DNA of 64,000 nucleotides, taken from positions 1,872 through 65,871 of the forward strand of contig JAOZSQ010000004.1 in assembly GCA_029939595.1 (NCBI GenBank), written 5' to 3'. Both the position numbers and the translations under genes were made by a program. Below, in pieces: positions 50,107 through 59,884 of this stretch. Within the stretch, counting starts at the first letter, position 1. Each line of letters opens with the position of its first letter. Below the pieces are notes generated by a model. It was not told the DNA's origin. It saw only the letters and a program-made list of their open reading frames with translations, and searched no databases. This stretch comes from Thermoplasmatota archaeon. GTDB taxonomy: Archaea; Thermoplasmatota; E2; DHVEG-1.

Positions 50107-51060
50107 ATGAAAATCGAAGGAATAGGTTTTGGAAAAGCTATTTTATTTAATGAACATTTTGTAGTGTATGGTGTACCTGCAATAGTCTCAGCAATTGGTA
50201 AATACACAGTAGCAAAAGCAACACCTTATGAAAAACCAGAACTAAATTTAGAAGATAACAGACAAGCAACACCTCGCTATAAAGAGGATAAAAAGGATCA
50301 GCAATTAGATTCCATTCGTAGAATCATTGAAAAAATGGAAATTGATTTTTCAAATGGTGGAGTTAATGTCGAACTTGCGGGTAATCTTTATTGTGCTAGT
50401 GGTATTGGAGCAAGTGCTGCATCTTGTGTGGCAATGGCTAGAACGCTTTCAAATTATTATGGACTTGATTTAACAGATGATCAAATCAATGATATTGCTT
50501 TTGAAGGTGAAAAAGGATACCATGGAACTCCCTCGGGAATTGATAATACTGCATCTACCTATGGCGGACTTATATGGTTTGAAAAAAAGCAGGAAAACAT
50601 AATGGAAAAAATATCACTAGCTAACCCCATTGAAATTGTCATTGGAAACACTGGAAAAGTAGCTGATACTACAAAAGCTGTTGCTGGTGTACGAGAAAGA
50701 AAAGAGGCAAATCCTGATAAATATCAAACGATTTTTAATCGAGCTGAAAACATTGCATATCTTGCTAAACAGGCTTTTCATGATGAGGATTATCATGAAA
50801 TAGGAAAGCTAATGACTGAGAATCATAAATTATTGCAACAAATTGAGGTGTCATCTCGTGAACTTGATTTCCTTGTAAGACTTTCAAAAGAGTATGGTGC
50901 ATATGGTGCAAAACTTACAGGTGGAGGACTTGGTGGAAACATCATTGCATTGACACCTGGAAGAAACCTTCAGGAAGAAGTAGCAAATGCAATTGAAAAA
51001 GAAGGATTTCAAACAGTGAAAACCCAAATTGGTGTCAGGCGTGATGGTGACTTAGAATGA
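50107..51060 (+). CDS. mvk: Mevalonate kinase (GHMP family)
   Basis: GKAILFNEHFVVYG, GIGASAA, HGTPSGID, GAKLTGGGLGG; start moved to ATG 50107. Confidence 0.9.
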   Translation: MKIEGIGFGKAILFNEHFVVYGVPAIVSAIGKYTVAKATPYEKPELNLEDNRQATPRYKEDKKDQQLDSIRRIIEKMEIDFSNGGVNVELAGNLYCASGIGASAASCVAMARTLSNYYGLDLTDDQINDIAFEGEKGYHGTPSGIDNTASTYGGLIWFEKKQENIMEKISLANPIEIVIGNTGKVADTTKAVAGVRERKEANPDKYQTIFNRAENIAYLAKQAFHDEDYHEIGKLMTENHKLLQQIEVSSRELDFLVRLSKEYGAYGAKLTGGGLGGNIIALTPGRNLQEEVANAIEKEGFQTVKTQIGVRRDGDLE

Positions 51061-52367
51061 AGTTAAGAGAGTTTCTATCTCATCTTGAAGAAAAAGGAAA
51101 ACTTGTACGTATTACAAAACCTGTGTCTCATGAATATGAAATAGCAAATATTATTTATTCATTAAATGAAAAACCTGTTATTTTTGAGAACGTAAAAGGA
51201 TTTGATTATCCGGTTTTTGCAGGAATAACCTCTGATCGGGACATTATTGCAGAAGGTATTGGTACAACAAAAGATAATCTTCTAGCTTCTCTTGTTGATG
51301 CGCTTCAAAATCCGGTGAAACCTGATATGATAGAAAATGCTCCCTGTCAGGAAGTAATCATCAATGAACCAGATCTTTCAAAGTTTCCAATTTTACATCA
51401 TTTAAATGGGGATGGAGGGAGATACTGCTCAGCAACTGTTGCAACCATTAAAGACCCAGATACAGGAAGAAATGTATCATATCATCGTTTGATGGAAATT
51501 GGAAAAAATAAATTTACAGCCAGATTAATAAAAAACCGACAAACCCGGACAACCTATGATAAAATTGAGGGTGATTTAGAGATGGCGATCTGTTTTGGAA
51601 ATTCTGTTGCCACAATGGTAGCAGCCTCTCTTGGACCACCATCAGGAGTTGACGAGTTTTCTATTGCAAATGCTCTTGATAAAACAGATCTTGTGAAATG
51701 TGTAACAAAAGATCTTGAAGTACCTGCAGATTCAGAAATAATATTTGAGGGAAGACTTACAAGAGATTTAGATAACGAAGGGCCATTTGTTGACCTAACT
51801 GAAACAAGAGATTTTGTACGTCAAGAACCCGTCTTTGTCATTGATTGTATCACCCATAGAAAAGATGCAATGTATCAAGCATTGATCCCGGGACGTCTTG
51901 AACATAAAACATTAATGGGAATGCCAAAAGAACCAACAATATTTAATGAAGTAAATAAGGTTGTAGATTGTAAAAATGTATATGTAACAATGGGCGGGGG
52001 AAGCTGGCTACATGGTGTTGTTCAAATCAATAAACAACATGATGATGATGCAAAGAAGGCAATTGATGCATCATTTGAAGGTCATAAAAGCATGAAACAT
52101 GTTACAATTGTAGATGAAGATGTTGATCTCTTTGATCCTCTTGCAGTTGAATGGGCAATGGCCACACGATTTCAAGGGGATAGCGATATGGTTGTCAAAG
52201 TGGATCAATCAGGAAGCAGTCTGGATCCCTCTGGAAAACATGAAGAAGGCAAAAAAACCTTGACAACAAAAATTGGTTTCGATGCAACGATTCCAGGTCA
52301 TGTTGATAAAAAGAAATATGAGATTGTAAAGTATCACAAAGTTGATCTAGATGATTACCTCCGGTGA
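51057..52367 (+). CDS. UbiD-family prFMN decarboxylase, probable trans-anhydromevalonate 5-phosphate decarboxylase
   Basis: NVSYHR, EGPFVD, EH..LMG, VDEDVD, SSLDPS, KIGFDAT; overlaps mvk and is clustered with AcnX genes. Confidence 0.85.
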   Translation: MKLREFLSHLEEKGKLVRITKPVSHEYEIANIIYSLNEKPVIFENVKGFDYPVFAGITSDRDIIAEGIGTTKDNLLASLVDALQNPVKPDMIENAPCQEVIINEPDLSKFPILHHLNGDGGRYCSATVATIKDPDTGRNVSYHRLMEIGKNKFTARLIKNRQTRTTYDKIEGDLEMAICFGNSVATMVAASLGPPSGVDEFSIANALDKTDLVKCVTKDLEVPADSEIIFEGRLTRDLDNEGPFVDLTETRDFVRQEPVFVIDCITHRKDAMYQALIPGRLEHKTLMGMPKEPTIFNEVNKVVDCKNVYVTMGGGSWLHGVVQINKQHDDDAKKAIDASFEGHKSMKHVTIVDEDVDLFDPLAVEWAMATRFQGDSDMVVKVDQSGSSLDPSGKHEEGKKTLTTKIGFDATIPGHVDKKKYEIVKYHKVDLDDYLR

Positions 52368-52668
52368 AGGAAAATATAAGGTTACTCTTGAAGAAAAAAA
52401 AATCGGAAAGGATATTCTATACATATTAAACGGGGGAGAAAAACCTCACATTGGATGTATTGTAATTTGTGAGGTAGGAGCGGATCCTCAAGTAATTTCA
52501 TTAGGGTCTCATTTTGATCATATTGTTCTAGATCCTATTGCAAAAATGGGGTGTCAGAAATATAAAACAACCGTTGTTGCAATTGGTGGAATACATATCG
52601 ATAATGCAACAAAAAAAGAAATTGATATAATAATACATCATTGTAACTTCATTCAAAAGCAACTCTAA
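52351..52668 (+). CDS. LpdD-like small protein (putative prenylated-flavin chaperone)
   Basis: GGEKPHIG, H.D, VAIGGIHIDNAT..EI motifs; overlaps the UbiD 3' end. Confidence 0.6.
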   Translation: MITSGEGKYKVTLEEKKIGKDILYILNGGEKPHIGCIVICEVGADPQVISLGSHFDHIVLDPIAKMGCQKYKTTVVAIGGIHIDNATKKEIDIIIHHCNFIQKQL

Positions 52669-52871
52669 CAACTTTTCATTTGCTCCTTGTTATCTTATCT
52701 AAAATCTATTGATTGATATCTCGATTTAATTAAAATGATTTCAATTTATTATTAAAGATATGATAAATAGATTTATAAGAGGATATATTTTCTCATTTTT
52801 ACTATTCTTTCATATGATAAAAAATATGTACATCTAAATGTGAACTAAAACCAATAAAAGAGTTTGATATC

Positions 52872-54059
52872 ATGTATTTAAATAGAGATGAAGAGGCAAT
52901 ATTAAATGGGGAAAATGGCGAAGTAATGCAAAGGTTATTTCGACTGCTTGTTAGACTTGGAGAAATATATAATGCAGAAAATATGATTCCTGTGGGCTCT
53001 GTTCAAGTGGCCGGAGTTTCATATAAATCCGTTGATGACCCCGGTCTTGCATTTTTAGAGGATCTTTCGAAACAAAACGCAAAAGTAAAAGTCCTCACAT
53101 TTTTAAATCCAGCAGGAATGGATCTTGAAGCATGGGAAGAAATTGGTTTTCCAAAAGATTTTGCAGAAAACCAACTACGAATCATGGATGCATTTAAAAA
53201 AATGGGCATAGTAATCACCTCAACATGCACACCATATCTGGCAGGAAATCTCCCTCGTTTTAGAGAACATATCGCATGGTCAGAATCATCTGCTGTGAGT
53301 TTTTCAAATTCTGTGATTGGTGCACGAACAAATAGGGAAGGAGGACCTTCTGCACTTGCAGCAGCAATATGTGGTCGAACACCTAATTATGGACTTCATC
53401 TATGGGAAAATCGTCAACCAACCATTGCAATTCATGTTGATGCGGAGTTGAAATATGCAGCAGACTATGGTGCACTAGGGTATCATGTTGGAAAACAAAT
53501 CAAAAATAAAATCCCATATTTTACAGGAATTAAAGATGCAAACACCGATCTTTTAAAGGCACTTGGTGCGGCAATGGCTGCATCTGGTGCGGTAGCTCTC
53601 TATCACATAGAAGGTTTAACACCTGAGGCAGATCTTGTAGAATCAAAAGATCTGGAAAAGATTACAGTAAGCAAGAATGACATTTCAGACACATATAATA
53701 CCTTAAATAAAGGATCTGATCCCGATATTGTTATTTTAGGTTGTCCACATGCATCACTCCGAGAGATAGCGACATTATCTGAAAAGGTATCTGGAAAGAA
53801 ATTAAAAAAACCAGTATGGATCTGTACATCTCGAATGATGAAGGAAGCATCTAATCGCATGGGTTTTACACAGATTATTGAAAATGCAGGTGGAAAAATT
53901 GTTGCAGATACTTGTATGGTTGTATCGCCTATTGAACAGATGGGATTCAAAAAAACAGGAGTAAACTCTGGAAAAGCTGCAAACTATATGCCAGGTTTTT
54001 GTAAACAAGAGGTTGTGTATAAGAATATTGACGATCTCATAGAGGAGGTTTTAGAATGA
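52872..54059 (+). CDS. AcnX large subunit (DUF521), probable phosphomevalonate dehydratase large subunit
   Basis: SVQVAGVSY, TCTPY, WSESSAV..NSV.GARTNREGG, GCPHAS, DTCMVVSP. Confidence 0.9.
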   Translation: MYLNRDEEAILNGENGEVMQRLFRLLVRLGEIYNAENMIPVGSVQVAGVSYKSVDDPGLAFLEDLSKQNAKVKVLTFLNPAGMDLEAWEEIGFPKDFAENQLRIMDAFKKMGIVITSTCTPYLAGNLPRFREHIAWSESSAVSFSNSVIGARTNREGGPSALAAAICGRTPNYGLHLWENRQPTIAIHVDAELKYAADYGALGYHVGKQIKNKIPYFTGIKDANTDLLKALGAAMAASGAVALYHIEGLTPEADLVESKDLEKITVSKNDISDTYNTLNKGSDPDIVILGCPHASLREIATLSEKVSGKKLKKPVWICTSRMMKEASNRMGFTQIIENAGGKIVADTCMVVSPIEQMGFKKTGVNSGKAANYMPGFCKQEVVYKNIDDLIEEVLE

Positions 54060-54439
54060 AAGGCAGGATGATTTCACCGGGGAAAGCAGAAGGAGAAGCC
54101 ATTGTGTCTACTGAACCTATTGGATTCTATGGCGGTATTGATATAAACACAGGAATTGTCATTGAAAAAGGTCACATGCTTGAAGGACAAAGCGTTAAAG
54201 ATAAAATCCTAGTTTTTCCAAATGGAAAAGGATCAACTGTTGGATCCTATGTTATTTATGGTATCGCAAAAAACAATGTTGGACCAAAAGCAATTATAAA
54301 TAAGGAAACAGAAACCATTGTTGCAACAGGTGCCATTTTAGCAGGTGTACCATGTGTCGATGGAATTGATATTGATCAAATTAAATCAGGAGACATTCTT
54401 GAAGTTAATGCTGATGAGGGTGAAGTAAATATTAAATAA
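54056..54439 (+). CDS. AcnX small subunit (DUF126), probable phosphomevalonate dehydratase small subunit
   Basis: FYGGID, KGSTVGSYV; ATGA overlap with the large subunit. Confidence 0.9.
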   Translation: MKGRMISPGKAEGEAIVSTEPIGFYGGIDINTGIVIEKGHMLEGQSVKDKILVFPNGKGSTVGSYVIYGIAKNNVGPKAIINKETETIVATGAILAGVPCVDGIDIDQIKSGDILEVNADEGEVNIK

Positions 54440-54568
54440 ACCTTGATTTGTCACTTGAAATTTATTGAAAATGATATTGAGTTCATACAGAATAATTTCA
54501 TCTAAAAAACTTGTTTATTTTGAGGAAATTTCAATGGAAAATTAAAAAAAAGGAAAATATGTGAAAAA

Positions 54569-55759
54569 CTAATTAAATAGTTTTTCAAACATTGAAAATT
54601 GGGAAAATAACCATTCAAAGAACGGATGTGAATATGCTTTTCCTTTTGGAACTGATACTTTTAACCAAGTCCAATCGGTTTCGGCCCCATCAGGATCTTT
54701 TGCCTTCACTTTAATAATAAAAGTCCCTTCTTCATCCCAAATATGAGTCTCAGAAATAGTTTGCCCTGAATTATGTGGCCCAATCCAACCTGAATCCGTA
54801 CCATCACCCCAATCAATAAGATAAGAAACATCATCGCCATCTGGATCAGACGTACGAATGTCATACTCATAAGATTCACCAGGTTTGCCATTTTCCGGTC
54901 CGGTTATTGTTGGTGCTTCTGGCGGCATATTTGGAAGTTCTTCATTATTTGTGATACTAATATCAATGTTAACAATTCCTTCATCTGCCCATTCAGCACT
55001 TAATATAAAATCAAGATCATGAACATCACGTTCTGCACACACTTCAATTAAATCTCTGTGATATGATGATCCAGCACCACCTCCAACAACAGCTTGATAG
55101 CCCCCATCATAAAATGCAGAGGGATATCCTGCAAGATTGAAATCACCAATTCGTGAACTTGCTAAACTGCTTTCATCTGTAACCATATCAATATAATAAA
55201 ATGGATAGTCTCCACTCTTATAGACACTATTTAATTCACTTGCCATATATGGACAATATTGGCACCAAGTTGCAGTTGCTACTTCACAGAAAATTGTATG
55301 AGTAAATTCTTCGTTTTTAACATTTTCATCAGTCTGACCCGGTTCACATCCAGCTGCTGCATCAACGAAATATGTTTTGTAAGGTCTTCCCTCTGGTGGA
55401 TCTCCATATGCAGTATGTTTAGTAGGATTAAATATTGCTGCAAATATCATTACATTTCCTTCTTCAACATCACCTTGCCAAGTAATTGAATCAGTATACG
55501 TATCAAGATATGCAATTTCGACATCATCATTAAAAGCATAATCCATAAAAGCATAGTGATATGGTGCACCATTATACATGTCCCATCTAGATTCAATTTC
55601 AGCGATATATATACGAAGATGACCCTTGTATTCGCTACCCATTGACATTGTGTCAGTAGATATTTTTTTATTGTTTTCAATTGATAATGAACTTATTGCA
55701 GGTACAATTAAAAGTGAAATTGTACACAGGATAATAATTTTTTTTAGATTTATTTTCAT
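54569..55759 (-). CDS. Exported protein with thioredoxin-like (Omp28-like) CxxC domain and PKD-like domain
   Basis: EVATATWCQYCP, GYPSAFYDGG, IDWGDG...W.GP, KAKD. Confidence 0.7.
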   Translation of the reverse strand: MKINLKKIIILCTISLLIVPAISSLSIENNKKISTDTMSMGSEYKGHLRIYIAEIESRWDMYNGAPYHYAFMDYAFNDDVEIAYLDTYTDSITWQGDVEEGNVMIFAAIFNPTKHTAYGDPPEGRPYKTYFVDAAAGCEPGQTDENVKNEEFTHTIFCEVATATWCQYCPYMASELNSVYKSGDYPFYYIDMVTDESSLASSRIGDFNLAGYPSAFYDGGYQAVVGGGAGSSYHRDLIEVCAERDVHDLDFILSAEWADEGIVNIDISITNNEELPNMPPEAPTITGPENGKPGESYEYDIRTSDPDGDDVSYLIDWGDGTDSGWIGPHNSGQTISETHIWDEEGTFIIKVKAKDPDGAETDWTWLKVSVPKGKAYSHPFFEWLFSQFSMFEKLFN

Positions 55760-55835
55760 ACTTTTGTCCCCAATATTATAAAACGATTGTTAATTATTTA
55801 AATTTTTCCTATTTATATTTATAAATTGTATTGAA

Positions 55836-57128
55836 TTATAGAAAAGCTCTCATGCTCCACATTGTTCCAACTCCATTTAATTCAACAGTATGTTCGCCTT
55901 CATCATCATTCCAAGAGATGGTACCAGATGCGATATTTCTACCTATTTTCATCCCAACATAAGTTGGAAATTTCCATATTTTTTCATATGATTGATCAAA
56001 AGTAAGGTCCATATTCAAAGAAATATCAAACGTATTTAACAAAGGTTGAGTTAAACCAGGTTGCCCATTCAAATTAATTTTTTGAGGCATGGAAACAAAG
56101 GTAAATATTTCTTTATCAGACGTTATTATCTCAGGGTTTATGTTGTTTAGAGCAGTGATAGTATCACCCGAATTTGTAGTTAAAATAAGTGTTCCAAAAG
56201 GATTGATTTCTGATACTTTTGTTGAAATATATTGGGGATTATTATAATATGAAGTGAAATATAAATTCCAGCCATTATCAAGAGCTATATGTGTCCAATC
56301 CCATCCATTAATTAATCCTTTCGTTACTAGATTTGGTGACCAGGTATGTTCATGATGACCGATTCCATGTACTAAGTGGGTGACTTCATTTATAGATACA
56401 GTTCCTGTGACATTACAACCCATGAATACATAACTTGCCAGGTTTCTATTTGTTTTATCAAATGAATTTTCACCAATAGTCCACATTGCATCAAAAGGTG
56501 CAAAGAATCTTAAATCCAGTGTAATGTCATTATTTTGATCAATATCTTCATCTTCTATGTGAATAAACCATTCAGGTGATTCGCCTTCTACCCAGGAGTT
56601 TTCAAATGTGACACTGACACCAGGTGTTTTTGCTTGTAGAGTTGGTTGTTTAAGAATTCCTAATCCTCGTTCCTTATTAATTACACCACCATATTCTTCT
56701 CCATTTGGCCCATGAAGTGTGACAATCATCATATCTGGTTTTGATGTGCCTAAAAGATCGCTTCGTGCCATGTGGTTAAAGCTGATTGATGCAACCCATC
56801 CTGCCAAATCACTATTTTCATCAAAGACAACAGAATAATACCACCATTCACGAGAGACACTCATTTTATCGTAGTGCAAGCCCTCATTCTCCGGGGAAAC
56901 AGATCGCATATATCCTGGAATTATTGATTCTGGAGGGACTATTGGTTCAATGATTGGTTCATCTGGTTCACTAGGTTGCATTTGTTCAGAAGATGGGGTG
57001 ATAATGTCTTCAAGTTCAGGAGAAATACTTCCAGATCTCACAAGTACAATACCAGCTATCACTACAAGTACAACAACAATGATAGAATCAATTTTTGAAA
57101 TTTTTATTTTTTTTGTAAATGAGATCAT
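55836..57128 (-). CDS. Membrane-anchored lipocalin-like protein (CrtC/AttH/tocopherol-cyclase-like fold)
   Basis: N-terminal TM and Pro/Glu stalk; EWWYY, HEHTW, GWDW motifs. Confidence 0.55.
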   Translation of the reverse strand: MISFTKKIKISKIDSIIVVVLVVIAGIVLVRSGSISPELEDIITPSSEQMQPSEPDEPIIEPIVPPESIIPGYMRSVSPENEGLHYDKMSVSREWWYYSVVFDENSDLAGWVASISFNHMARSDLLGTSKPDMMIVTLHGPNGEEYGGVINKERGLGILKQPTLQAKTPGVSVTFENSWVEGESPEWFIHIEDEDIDQNNDITLDLRFFAPFDAMWTIGENSFDKTNRNLASYVFMGCNVTGTVSINEVTHLVHGIGHHEHTWSPNLVTKGLINGWDWTHIALDNGWNLYFTSYYNNPQYISTKVSEINPFGTLILTTNSGDTITALNNINPEIITSDKEIFTFVSMPQKINLNGQPGLTQPLLNTFDISLNMDLTFDQSYEKIWKFPTYVGMKIGRNIASGTISWNDDEGEHTVELNGVGTMWSMRAFL

Positions 57129-57346
57129 GAATTTTTCGCTATATCATTTTTATTTTACTATATTTATATAGATTTCTATACAGATATTACCGGACATATA
57201 ATGGAAAATATTCATTTCTCCATAAAAAAAATAGATTGATCGTATCTTATTTTAATGGATGGATGGCAATTACTAATCAAGGAAATCTTTAATAATAACA
57301 GCAATATTTACCTCATTTTAAGATTAATTTAAGGGAGTTTATACCT

Positions 57347-57568
57347 TTGGTAGAAAAAAAAGAGATAGGAAACATTTTTTCAAAAGAATTACAATGGATT
57401 AAAGACAAAGATGTACAGGAAAAAGTAATTACTGTTTGGAAAACCGCAGCAGACCAAGGAAAATGGAAAACATTTGATAAAACCCCTTTCACATTTCTAT
57501 TTAAAAATTCTGGAAAACTAGCAGATCATACAAAAAGGATAACAAATTTATGGGGGAATAATGTATGA
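57347..57568 (+). pseudogene. Probable truncated HD-domain protein (N-terminal 73 aa)
   Basis: ELQWIKD..VQEKV..VW..A...PFT......DHTKRIT ends at the first His helix with no HD motif; ATGA overlap with citF. Confidence 0.5.
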
Positions 57569-59061
57569 AAGTGAAAAATGCAGCTGGAAAAGAAATTGAA
57601 ACTAGTATTTCAGGCCAATCATTCATACCTTTTAAAGGCGGAAAAAAACACAATAGAGATTCAAAAATTGTTAGAGACATTGAAACGGCTCTTAGAAAAT
57701 GTGGTTTTAAGTCCGGAATGACAATCTCATTTCATCATCAACTAAGAAATGGGGATTATGTTGTTAACAACACGTTTGAAGCGATTAAAGACATAGGGTG
57801 TAGAGACCTTCGGCTCGCTCAAACAGCTTTATTTAATGTCCATAAACCAATAATTAATTACATAAAAGATGGTGTTGTCACTAGAATTGAAGGGAGTGTA
57901 AATGGCGTTGTTGGTGATTTCATATCCACAAACAATCCATTAGAATCACCTGTGATATTACGCTCACATGGTGGAAGATGGGGGGCAGTGAAATCAGGAG
58001 AACTCCATCCAGATATCGCAGTTATTGCTGCATCAGCAGCAGATTGTAGAGGAAATGCAACAGGACTTATCGGAGAAAGTGCTTTTGGAAACATTGCTTA
58101 TTCTCCAGTTGATGCGTGGCATGCGGATAAAGTTATTATTGTTACAGATAATATTGTGAATTACCCAAGTCCGTTTCGTGAAATATATGAAGGTCTGGTG
58201 GATTATGTCGTTGAAATTGATCAAATAGGAGATCCTAATAAAATTGTAAGTGGTTCTTTGAAAATAACAGAGGATCCAATGAAATTAAACATTGGAAAAA
58301 ACTGTGTTGATCTGATGGAAGCCGCAGGAATTGTAAAGAATGATATGATTTTTCAGGCAGGAGCAGGTGGTATTTCTCTTGCTGCATTAAAGTATCTGGG
58401 TCAACGTCTTAAAGAAAAAAACATGGTTGCAGGATGTTCAACAGGTGGACTTACAGAATTTATTGTAAACATGTACAATGACGATATATTGAAACAAGTA
58501 AATACCTGCCAGTGTTTTGATACAGTTGCAGTTGATTTCGTGAGAAATCATCAAGAAGCGATTTCTACAATTGGAGAATATTCAGATCATACGATGAAAG
58601 GAAGAAATACAGATAAGCTAGATGCTGTAATTCTAGGTGCAACAGAAGTTGATACCCGTTTTAATGTGAATGTAAACACACATAGCAATGGAAAAATGCT
58701 ACATGGGATTGGAGGTCATCAAGATGTATCAGCCACTGCAAATCTTACTATTATAACCGTTCCAGTGTTTCGAAAAAGTAATCCTATTGTTCGAGAACTT
58801 GTAACAACGATTTCAACACCTGGCGATATCATTGATGCAATTGTTACAGATAAGGGTATTGCAATTAATCCAAAACGAAAAGATCTAATAGATAAGGTTT
58901 CAGGGAAGGTTAAGATTGTGGATATTGAGGATTTGAAAAACATTGCATATGATGAGACAGGTGGCCCAATAGAGTCAGTAATTGGAGATGAAATTGTTGG
59001 TATTACAAAGTATTTTGATGGAACGGTTCTTGATAATATTTATCGGGTATTGGGGGATTGA
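57565..59061 (+). CDS. citF: Citrate lyase alpha subunit / family II CoA-transferase
   Basis: TISFHHQLRNGD, RSHGGR, FQAGAGG, GATEVD..FNVNV, GIGGHQD, DAIVTDKGIAINP.R.DL. Confidence 0.9.
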   Translation: MKVKNAAGKEIETSISGQSFIPFKGGKKHNRDSKIVRDIETALRKCGFKSGMTISFHHQLRNGDYVVNNTFEAIKDIGCRDLRLAQTALFNVHKPIINYIKDGVVTRIEGSVNGVVGDFISTNNPLESPVILRSHGGRWGAVKSGELHPDIAVIAASAADCRGNATGLIGESAFGNIAYSPVDAWHADKVIIVTDNIVNYPSPFREIYEGLVDYVVEIDQIGDPNKIVSGSLKITEDPMKLNIGKNCVDLMEAAGIVKNDMIFQAGAGGISLAALKYLGQRLKEKNMVAGCSTGGLTEFIVNMYNDDILKQVNTCQCFDTVAVDFVRNHQEAISTIGEYSDHTMKGRNTDKLDAVILGATEVDTRFNVNVNTHSNGKMLHGIGGHQDVSATANLTIITVPVFRKSNPIVRELVTTISTPGDIIDAIVTDKGIAINPKRKDLIDKVSGKVKIVDIEDLKNIAYDETGGPIESVIGDEIVGITKYFDGTVLDNIYRVLGD

Positions 59062-59069
59062 GTTTTATT

Positions 59070-59846
59070 ATGGATCCATGGAAAACAAAGATTACAAAGG
59101 TTGAACCAAATCATCTGGTTACTTGTGGTTATCGACAAGAGGATTTAATTGGGAACATCCCGTTTTCACATGTCGTTTATCTCCTATTGAAAGGTGAACT
59201 TCCTAGTGAAAAACAAGGGAAAATGATGGATGCAATTCTGACTGCATGTATAGATCATGGAGTAACTCCCCCTTCTGCAATGGCAACACGGGTGGTTGCA
59301 TCTGGAGGTGTCCCACTTCCCACAGCAGTTGCAGCTGGTATATTATCAATTGGTGATGCCCATGGTGGAGCTATTGAAAAAGGTGCAAAATTCATGCAGC
59401 AAGGAATACAAAGGATGAAACAAGAAGGATTAACAATTGAGGAAACAACAAAATTACTTGTCTCTGAAAGCAGAGAGAAAAAACAACGTATCCTTGGTTT
59501 TGGTCATCGCATTCATACATCTGATCCACGTACACAACGTTTGTTTCAACTTGCTGATGAATTAAACATAAAAGGAAATCATGTTTTACTAGCAAAATCT
59601 ATCGAAAAAGAACTAAAGGAAGTAACGGGAAGACAACTCCCAATCAATGTAGATGGAGCAATTGCAGCAATTATTTCAGATATGAATTTTGATTGGAAAC
59701 TTGGAAAAGGTTTTTTCCTTATTGGAAGAGTTGCAGGTCTTACCGCTCATACATATGAGGAACAGACAATGTTCAAACCAATGAGGAAAATGTTTACAAT
59801 AAATCATGAATATAATGGTCAAGATGAAAAAACACTTGAAAGATAA
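59070..59846 (+). CDS. Citryl-CoA lyase-like protein (short citrate-synthase fold)
   Basis: W.T.IT, DHGVTPPSA, AHGGA, GFGHRIH..DPR, NVDGAIAA; about 259 aa; start ATG 59070 (TTG 59058 possible). Confidence 0.85.
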   Translation: MDPWKTKITKVEPNHLVTCGYRQEDLIGNIPFSHVVYLLLKGELPSEKQGKMMDAILTACIDHGVTPPSAMATRVVASGGVPLPTAVAAGILSIGDAHGGAIEKGAKFMQQGIQRMKQEGLTIEETTKLLVSESREKKQRILGFGHRIHTSDPRTQRLFQLADELNIKGNHVLLAKSIEKELKEVTGRQLPINVDGAIAAIISDMNFDWKLGKGFFLIGRVAGLTAHTYEEQTMFKPMRKMFTINHEYNGQDEKTLER

Positions 59847-59884
59847 TAGAAAAAAATAATTATGAAAAACGGAGGTTAATAAAC

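Noticed and set aside
51057-54439. Aromatic-acid decarboxylase plus hydroxyproline dehydratase interpretation of UbiD/AcnX
   Set aside because: Direct coupling to mevalonate kinase and the split large/small AcnX favour the mevalonate pathway.
59070-59846. Canonical citrate synthase
   Set aside because: About 259 aa, lacking the N-terminal part of type I/II citrate synthases; size and context fit the citryl-CoA-lyase-like group, although reaction direction is unproven.
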